Assembly: GCA_016929645.1 (NCBI GenBank)
Contig: JAFGIK010000031.1
Coordinates: 2,548-66,547 of the forward strand
Length of the DNA stretch: 64,000 nt
From: Candidatus Dojkabacteria bacterium
GTDB taxonomy: Bacteria > Patescibacteriota > Dojkabacteria > SC72 > JAFGCJ01
Direction of reading: 5' to 3'
Below are positions 57,885 through 64,000 of the stretch, piece after piece; the first letter of the stretch is position 1, and each line of letters begins with the position of its first letter. Under the pieces are notes generated by a model. The model was not told where the DNA came from and did not search any database. It worked only from the letters and a program-made list of their open reading frames with translations. The translations under genes and the position numbers were made by a program.

Positions 57885-60423
57885 TTTCATGAAAAATAAC
57901 ACAACTAATACAACTGAAAAATTAACATTATGGCAGAAAATCAAAAAGCTTTTTCAGAACCGCTATATTGTTTTTTCCTTCATAATCTTCAACTTACTCA
58001 CAATACTAGACACAATAACCGTCCTCTATGTCTTAGTTGCCGAATCAAATGTTTACTTCATGTACTCAGCAGGCAATACATCAGCAATAACAGCAATCAT
58101 CACAGCACTTATAACAACAGCCATCGTAAATCTTATAATCATAGCATTATCATTTACACGCCTTAGAACAACAACACTAATTGTGCCTTTTATTTTAGGC
58201 TCAATATTTTTTGTCACAACATTCATCTACGGCTCAAGTATGCTTTTATACACAATGCCAATGATTATTGTTGGAGTTATTATTGGCATTTATTACAGTC
58301 TTATTTTCTACGGCCCTGCGATTTGGTTTTATTACAGATTAAAAATGCCACTGGTGAGTGTCGGATGGCTATCTGTTTTTTATTTGTCTACATTACTGAT
58401 TGCAAATGCTTACAAAATTGATCAGGCGGGAGCAGAAGCATTTCTTGCACTTCTCAGACCTGATTATCTATTACTTACGGGATCTTTTTACCTTATTACC
58501 TCGCTACTTCTAGTTGTAGATCACGCTCAAGAACTTGCTCGATGGAAAAGAACTCCTGAAAAAACAATAAAATTTCCACTAAAAACCTTAATTCCAGCCT
58601 TTTTAGTACTAATAATTGTCACAGTAATAACAAACTTTTTATCACCAGCTATTTGGAAAGTCCTTTGGAAAAAGACAGAGACTGAAAATACAGACGATCC
58701 AGAAAAACTAGAAAAAGAAGATGTTCCAAACGGAGAAGATGGACCATCAGGCAACCAAAAACAGAATGACGACAGCATACAGATGGACCCAAATCAAAAC
58801 CTGCAAGGAGAAGTAAATATGGATAATAGCGGAAAAATAATGTTTATTGTCAACATTCAAAAGACTGACGAGTATGGAAACTCCTTAAGTTTTGAAAACA
58901 CCAGGCATTACTGGAAAATGGATGATCTTGAAAGTTATTCAGAAAAAAATGGATTCTATAATAACATGGAATACCAGGAATATGATTACGCTCACAATCT
59001 TTACAGTGATAGCTGGTTTTCATATTTTCCAACAAGTTATCCCGTATATTCCTTTCAAGAGGTACAAATATATACTTTTTTAGACATGGAAACAAATTGG
59101 ATCATTAACGAAGAATCTCCTAACAAAATACGATTATTAAGTGGTGATGAACGATCTTTTTACATGTTTGAAAATAAAACTGCAGTTTTGGAAAAAAACA
59201 AACCATGGAAAAAAGATGACAGTTACGAAATACAAAGCTCAATAAGTGAATTTGATTACACTAACCCAGACACATATGATCAATTTAGAGATGATTGGTA
59301 CTATTACGAAGAATACGCCACAAACGATTGGGACGAAATAATTGACCAAAATACCGGATTCGACGATCCTGAGATCACAGCCTTAGCAAAGGAGATAACA
59401 GAGCCATACGACAACAAACTCGACAAGTCTATTGCAGTTATGCAGTATCTTCAAGACAATTATAAGTACACCCTAAAGCCAGGAGATCCGACAGATCTTG
59501 ACAAAGACAAGGAAAACATTGAGCGCTTGAAGTATTTTCTCTTTGAAGATAAAGAAGGTTACTGCCTTCACTTTGCGACAGCAATGACAGCAATGCTTAG
59601 ATCCCAGGACATTCCAGCACGAGTTACTGTAGGCTTCGCAGAAGGAACTTATGACTATGACCTAAATTCATACGTTGTAGCAAGTGGAGATGCCCATGCA
59701 TGGGTAGAGGTTTTCTTTGATGACTATGGATGGCTGACTTTTGATCCGACCCCAGCTTCCGATCCAGAAGCAGAAGACAAAGAAAAGGAGAAAGAAAAAG
59801 AACTAGATAAGGAGCTCACAGATGAAAAAAAGAAAGAATTAGAGAAGATGCAAAAGGAAGCCCTTGATAAACTTGATGAATTTAACAATTACGATTACAT
59901 TGAATATGACCCAAATAAGGAAAGTTCACCAGAGTGGATTCAAAATATAAATAAAGAAATCGAAAAACAGATAAAACCAATTGCGCAAACAATGCAGTTC
60001 ATGATCCCATTAGCTATGTTTTTAGCGATCCTTTCAATTATTGTCGGCCCACCAGCAATCAATACCTATATAGACCTTAACCTTTCAGGAAAGATAAAAA
60101 AGAGGGATGACAGAGAACAAATCATTGCATACTTCAAGCTAATAGAACGAAAGTTAAGACAATATAAACATGAATATGGAAGAAAACGAGGAGAAACCTC
60201 ACTCGAATACTATGACAGATTGAAAAAGACAAATATCGTACACAAAGATATTGATGAGAATTTCCAGAAAGCCTGCAATATTTATAATCGAGCTGCTTTC
60301 AGATTTGAAATAAAACCTACTGACCGCAAAGAGATGAGCAACCAGGCATTTATTATTTCTGATTTTGTAGAACATCAAATGTCAGATTTTCAAAATATAA
60401 TCAAATTATGGGTAATATGGTAA
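57871..60423 (+). CDS. transglutaminase-like (TGc) domain membrane protein
   Basis: Multiple N-terminal TM helices. TGc core GYCLHFATAMTAMLRSQDIPARVTVGF ... GDAHAWVEVFFDDYGWLTFDPTP (Cys-His-Asp). A Lys/Glu-rich coiled segment follows. Confidence 0.8.
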   Translation: MRTNNFMKNNTTNTTEKLTLWQKIKKLFQNRYIVFSFIIFNLLTILDTITVLYVLVAESNVYFMYSAGNTSAITAIITALITTAIVNLIIIALSFTRLRTTTLIVPFILGSIFFVTTFIYGSSMLLYTMPMIIVGVIIGIYYSLIFYGPAIWFYYRLKMPLVSVGWLSVFYLSTLLIANAYKIDQAGAEAFLALLRPDYLLLTGSFYLITSLLLVVDHAQELARWKRTPEKTIKFPLKTLIPAFLVLIIVTVITNFLSPAIWKVLWKKTETENTDDPEKLEKEDVPNGEDGPSGNQKQNDDSIQMDPNQNLQGEVNMDNSGKIMFIVNIQKTDEYGNSLSFENTRHYWKMDDLESYSEKNGFYNNMEYQEYDYAHNLYSDSWFSYFPTSYPVYSFQEVQIYTFLDMETNWIINEESPNKIRLLSGDERSFYMFENKTAVLEKNKPWKKDDSYEIQSSISEFDYTNPDTYDQFRDDWYYYEEYATNDWDEIIDQNTGFDDPEITALAKEITEPYDNKLDKSIAVMQYLQDNYKYTLKPGDPTDLDKDKENIERLKYFLFEDKEGYCLHFATAMTAMLRSQDIPARVTVGFAEGTYDYDLNSYVVASGDAHAWVEVFFDDYGWLTFDPTPASDPEAEDKEKEKEKELDKELTDEKKKELEKMQKEALDKLDEFNNYDYIEYDPNKESSPEWIQNINKEIEKQIKPIAQTMQFMIPLAMFLAILSIIVGPPAINTYIDLNLSGKIKKRDDREQIIAYFKLIERKLRQYKHEYGRKRGETSLEYYDRLKKTNIVHKDIDENFQKACNIYNRAAFRFEIKPTDRKEMSNQAFIISDFVEHQMSDFQNIIKLWVIW

Positions 60424-61085
60424 ATTTAGCAAAACAAAAAATTTACTGTAGTTTATTAATCATAGTCCTAATCTTGGGATTAGGATTCTCAGCATGCAAC
60501 ACCAATGATGACAACGATGATGAACAAGACTCAGAAAAAATCGATACTTCAGACTTATCAAGCCTGACAATCTATCAACAAGGTCAAACATTAGGCGGAG
60601 AAGAAACACAAACAGAACAGTGCGTTTTCTATTACCCAGCAGATTTCCAAGAAATGGAAGCAACAGAAGGTCTGGATGTTATATACAACCAAAGTATCGT
60701 TGTAGGCGATCCCTATAATGACAGAATACTTTTGACAACAGAAGAGTATACAGGAGATGATTCGTCAGAAAAATGGAGCAGCTCAAAATGTGAACAGATT
60801 GCATCTGTATATCAGGAAAGCTATGCTTACGCATTTGGTGTGGATACTGAAGATTTCAAATTAATCGATACGGAATTTGTAAAGAAAAAAACAGATGGCT
60901 CACCAATAGAATCCTGCTTAATCGATTTCGAATTCCCAATCAACGACCAGCAGATTATTGCAAGTTTTGGGGCATATCGATGGGAAAAAGCTTCAAGCTC
61001 TAAATTAGTTGGCGCATTTTATGATAAAGGTTCAGAGAACACAGACAAGCTAAAACGCTCAGTAAAAGCATTCGAACTATTGTAG
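60408..61085 (+). CDS. hypothetical secreted lipoprotein (acidic)
   Basis: Signal peptide LLIIVLILGLGFSAC with a lipobox-like Cys, followed by an Asp-rich region. Confidence 0.5.
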   Translation: MGNMVNLAKQKIYCSLLIIVLILGLGFSACNTNDDNDDEQDSEKIDTSDLSSLTIYQQGQTLGGEETQTEQCVFYYPADFQEMEATEGLDVIYNQSIVVGDPYNDRILLTTEEYTGDDSSEKWSSSKCEQIASVYQESYAYAFGVDTEDFKLIDTEFVKKKTDGSPIESCLIDFEFPINDQQIIASFGAYRWEKASSSKLVGAFYDKGSENTDKLKRSVKAFELL

Positions 61086-61129
61086 TCAAATTTCTAGTCA
61101 AATTTCAGTTATCAATCCAAGTCAAGTAT

Positions 61130-62341
61130 TTATTTTAAATCTTCAGAATTAATAGCAATAGAGTGCTTATCAACAGGAAGCCAGATAATGAAGGTTGCAG
61201 TACATCCATTGCTCATTACTGAAATTCTACCACCATGAGACTCAACAATTTTTTTTGATAAATATAGGCCAAAGTGTGATTCCAAAAGTGATACTGCATC
61301 AGATGTGTTGGCTTTAAAAATATTTGCCAGTTGATCTTCTGGTATGCTTCCACTTGAAGTAGAAATTGCAATACCAAGAAATTGCTTATTACCCCGCCAT
61401 TGTTCTTGCGGAGATTTCCCAGGAACGTATTTGCTAACATGAATATTAATATTCCCATTAGCATCACACAAGTCGCAAGTGGCTCTAAATACTGAGCTCA
61501 AAGCAAATTCTATCAAATCAGGATTAACACGAACAGGAAGAATACTACTTGGTTTAGCTAAATAATCTACAAAGTTACATTGTAATAACTTTCCGCTACA
61601 TCGAATAGGAGTTTCTAACATAACTCTTCTTATAGATGTAGGATAATTCCATATCTCTAGTGAATCGTATTGAAGAACCTCTCCAGTATTAAGATAGTTC
61701 ATTAATGCTTGAATGGCATGTATTTCAGCAAAAATCATATTTAGCTTCTTCTCAAGTTCCGGCTTATCAAAAAACATCGGACCAATATACATTTGAAGAG
61801 CAGTCAAAGAGTTTAATAAACCAATCTGAAGTTGCCGAAAAATAGACCTATCATCTTCAGTCTGTTGTACACACATAGGTTTTTCCAAAATTTGTATTAA
61901 AACCGGAGATGGTGAACAATCAACATTCATAAGTCCAAAAGGCTTAGCAATCAATTGTACAATTCGGCCATCATCAAGGGTTAATTCCACACCTGAATTC
62001 CCATTACCATCCTGAGATCCAATATATGTCGAAGCCCAACAGTTTCTTAAGTACTCATTCAATCTTTGTCCCTGATAATCAGAGCCGCCAGCAAAACAAA
62101 ATTGATGGAAATCACTTTCTGCCCTAAATAATTGAGTAAAAGCTGAATTGGCCCTAATCATGGTTAAGTTCAAAGCATTACCTGCATCATCCGTCTGTAC
62201 ATTCATAGGATTTTGCATCATAAAAACAGCCAAAGGAGTATCACACAGATCTAAGAGAGCTAGGAGATCCATATCCAAATGATTTCTTGGAGGTGTTAAC
62301 ACATCTGGATCACCATTAGCATGATTGTCGGGAATTGTCAT
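61130..62341 (-). CDS. PAS-like N-terminal domain joined to a histidine-kinase-like ATPase domain (atypical orphan sensor kinase)
   Basis: C-terminal HATPase_c elements: an N-box-like DLIEFALSSVFRATCDLCDANGNINIHV and a G2-like HFGLYLSKKIVESHGGRISVMSNGCTATFIIWLP. No canonical H-box and no response regulator nearby. Confidence 0.45.
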   Translation of the reverse strand: MTIPDNHANGDPDVLTPPRNHLDMDLLALLDLCDTPLAVFMMQNPMNVQTDDAGNALNLTMIRANSAFTQLFRAESDFHQFCFAGGSDYQGQRLNEYLRNCWASTYIGSQDGNGNSGVELTLDDGRIVQLIAKPFGLMNVDCSPSPVLIQILEKPMCVQQTEDDRSIFRQLQIGLLNSLTALQMYIGPMFFDKPELEKKLNMIFAEIHAIQALMNYLNTGEVLQYDSLEIWNYPTSIRRVMLETPIRCSGKLLQCNFVDYLAKPSSILPVRVNPDLIEFALSSVFRATCDLCDANGNINIHVSKYVPGKSPQEQWRGNKQFLGIAISTSSGSIPEDQLANIFKANTSDAVSLLESHFGLYLSKKIVESHGGRISVMSNGCTATFIIWLPVDKHSIAINSEDLK

Positions 62342-62445
62342 TTCCTAAATTACTAAAAAATAGGTTATATTTGCATTATACAACCCCATAGACAAAAGTA
62401 AATGACTTAACATGGGAACTAAATATATAAAACAAAAAACGCATA

Positions 62446-62478
62446 CTTGTCGTCACAAAAAATTATATCCATTGTGAC
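62446..62478. promoter_or_regulatory. Operator-like inverted repeat gtcacaa-N12-ttgtgac, part of cttgtcgtcacaa. It lies upstream of B3/4-tyrS. A -10-like tatataat sits at 62495-62502, only 8 nt before the ATG.
   Basis: Read directly from the sequence. A related palindrome, cttgtcgtgacaag, occurs at 1330-1343. Confidence 0.35.
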
Positions 62479-62510
62479 AAAAATTTTTAATTTCTATATA
62501 ATAGCCATTA

Positions 62511-64000
62511 ATGAAATTCAGAATTGACAAAAATTTACTTTCAGAATTTCCAGACCTTTCAATAGGCCTACTTCTTGTCGAGAACATCGATAACACAAAA
62601 GCCAAGAATGATACATATCAACTTCTCTGGCAGATAATAGAAGAAAATGCTGTTAGATATAGAGATTTGACACTAAATGCAATCGAAAATATTTCCAGCT
62701 GGAACAATGCATTTACAAAGATCGGTATCAATTCAAACGAAATTTACCCATCTCATAAAGCACTTATAAAAAGAGTGATTGAACATAATGAAATTCCAAA
62801 TGTGAATCCATTGGTAAACATTTACAACTATATTTCAATTAAGTATGCTCTGCCACTTGGAGGACATAATCTCGATGCTATAGATGGTGATATAACAGTT
62901 GGTCAAAACACAGGGAAACTAAAATTTTCGCCAATCGGGAAATCAACTCAAGAAGACGTCCCAGAGAACGAAATCGCATACTTTGATAACAAAGACATCC
63001 TTACCAGAAATTGGGTGTGGAGACAATCAGATAAAAGTAAAACAATGGAAAATACTCAAAATATACTTATACCTATAGATAACATCGGCAACATTTCTTC
63101 CCAAGAATTATCAAAAATCATCCTTGAGCTAAAGTCAATTATCGAAAAGTACTTAGGAACAGAAAAATCCATTTATAAATTCGGAAAAGTTTCGTTAAAA
63201 AATAATGAGGTAGATCTCGATAAACTTGAGACAATCAAAAACCATCTACCGATAAGGTTTGAGGCTAAACCAGTAAAAACAGACAAAGAAATTATCGATA
63301 CACTTCTTGATAGAGCGACAGAAGAAATTCTACCTTCAAGACAATTTCTAGAGAAATTACTATACAGCGGAAGAAGACTTAACGTCTACCAGGGATTTGA
63401 CCCCACAGCAGATACTTTACATATCGGCCATACAGTAGGTATGCGAAAACTTAGATTTTTTCAGAGACTAGGCCATAATGTCATTTTTCTAATAGGAGAT
63501 TTTACCGCAAGGATAGGGGATCCAACAGACAAATCTGCAGCACGAGTCAAACTTACAAAACAAAAAGTAAAAGAAAACTTAAAGAAATACAAAGAACAAG
63601 CAAGCAAACTACTAGACTTCGATAACAAAGAAAATCCAATCCAGGTAATGTTTAATGCAGACTGGCTGGAAAAACTCGATTTTGGAGATATTCTCGAAAT
63701 TACATCCGAATTTACCGTCCAGCAAATGATAAAGAGAGATATGTTCAAAAGAAGAATAGACGAGGACAGACCAATTTACCTGAACGAATTTATGTACCCA
63801 GTAATGCAGGCATACGACTCTGTAGTAATGAACATTGATGTCGAAGTCGGAGGAAATGACCAGATGTTTAATATGATATGCGGTAGAGACCTTACTATTC
63901 GGCTAAGAAACAAAGAGAAAGCAGTCCTTCCAAACAAACTGCTTGTCGATCCATCAGGTAAAAAGATGGGAAAATCAGAAGGAAACATGATCATGCTATC
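62511..64000 (+). CDS. tyrS: tyrosine--tRNA ligase with an N-terminal B3/4 (PheT-like tRNA-binding/editing) domain of about 275 aa. 3' partial: the ORF is open to the window end. It is absent from the ORF track because no stop codon falls within the window.
   Basis: I translated the ORF codon by codon from the ATG at 62511 to nt 64000 and found no stop. The B3/4-like block is NPLVNIYNYISIKYALPLGGHNLDAIDGDITV. The TyrRS HIGH region is NVYQGFDPTADTLHIGHTVG. It also has DSVVMNIDVEVGGNDQMFNMICGRDL and KMSKS as KMGKS at 63964-63978. Confidence 0.8.
   Translation, partial: MKFRIDKNLLSEFPDLSIGLLLVENIDNTKAKNDTYQLLWQIIEENAVRYRDLTLNAIENISSWNNAFTKIGINSNEIYPSHKALIKRVIEHNEIPNVNPLVNIYNYISIKYALPLGGHNLDAIDGDITVGQNTGKLKFSPIGKSTQEDVPENEIAYFDNKDILTRNWVWRQSDKSKTMENTQNILIPIDNIGNISSQELSKIILELKSIIEKYLGTEKSIYKFGKVSLKNNEVDLDKLETIKNHLPIRFEAKPVKTDKEIIDTLLDRATEEILPSRQFLEKLLYSGRRLNVYQGFDPTADTLHIGHTVGMRKLRFFQRLGHNVIFLIGDFTARIGDPTDKSAARVKLTKQKVKENLKKYKEQASKLLDFDNKENPIQVMFNADWLEKLDFGDILEITSEFTVQQMIKRDMFKRRIDEDRPIYLNEFMYPVMQAYDSVVMNIDVEVGGNDQMFNMICGRDLTIRLRNKEKAVLPNKLLVDPSGKKMGKSEGNMIML

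Noticed and set aside
61086-61115. Tandem 12-bp direct repeat tagtcaaatttc x2 between convergent genes
   Set aside because: Only two copies in a convergent terminator region. No further structure or recurrence was seen in the window.
1-64000. Possibility of an alternative genetic code, as in Gracilibacteria/SR1 where UGA encodes Gly
   Set aside because: Conserved genes end at UGA with normal family lengths and C-termini (for example mraY TGA at 52129-52131 and rarA). Reading through would add unconserved tails. The standard code is the simplest explanation.
1-64000. CRISPR arrays, rRNA, tRNA and diversity-generating retroelements
   Set aside because: There are no regularly spaced direct repeats. 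The TIR-family repeats are irregularly spaced and inverted. No GC-rich cloverleaf-compatible segments were found in the long AT-rich spacers (39304-39658, 53817-54150). No reverse transcriptase-like ORF was found. This was done by eye only, so a tRNA scan with tRNAscan-SE or Aragorn should still be run.

Overview
This is about 64 kb of a low-GC (roughly 30-33% GC), gene-dense bacterial chromosome. The content fits an uncultivated small-genome lineage (CPR/Patescibacteria-like), but that assignment is inference. The standard genetic code applies, because conserved genes such as mraY end at UGA with normal C-termini.

Gene content, in order:
- A 5'-truncated archaeal-type AspRS.
- A DNA-repair pair: an HhH radical SAM protein next to an Mpg/AAG 3-methyladenine glycosylase. 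The two genes are separated by a short inverted-repeat element.
- A VOC protein, a TetR regulator, and an RlmD/RumA-like RNA m5U methyltransferase.
- A GldA-like ABC ATPase with a fused ABC-2 permease/GldG-like membrane protein.
- A redox module: TrxB-like reductase, an ABC exporter with degenerate catalytic motifs, CcdA/DsbD, a stand-alone desulforedoxin, and QueH.
- A roughly 21 kb surface-glycan/glycosylation island (15.5-36.7 kb). It holds a MOP flippase, five GT2 and two GT4 glycosyltransferases, a pyruvyl transferase, three paralogous giant polytopic GT-C-like membrane proteins, and secreted proteins, one with tandem CBM4/9-like domains.
- RmuC and ThiI.
- A minus-strand peptidoglycan operon in the order tatD, murA, murB, murD, murC, alpha/beta hydrolase, murE-like.
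- MraY and RarA.
- A GC-rich, foreign-looking gene for a membrane-anchored HExxH protein, with its own intrinsic terminator.
- A MoxR-DUF58-transglutaminase triad.
- An orphan PAS-HATPase protein.
- An in-frame B3/4-domain::TyrRS fusion that runs off the 3' end.

A repeat family is spread through the window. Its core is GACCGAGACTCAGCTTCATGAAATTTTAAT, or the shorter (G)AGACCGAGWCTC. The best copy is a 328-bp MITE-like unit with perfect terminal inverted repeats. Copies sit immediately after the stop codons of four genes.

No rRNA, tRNA, or CRISPR array was found.
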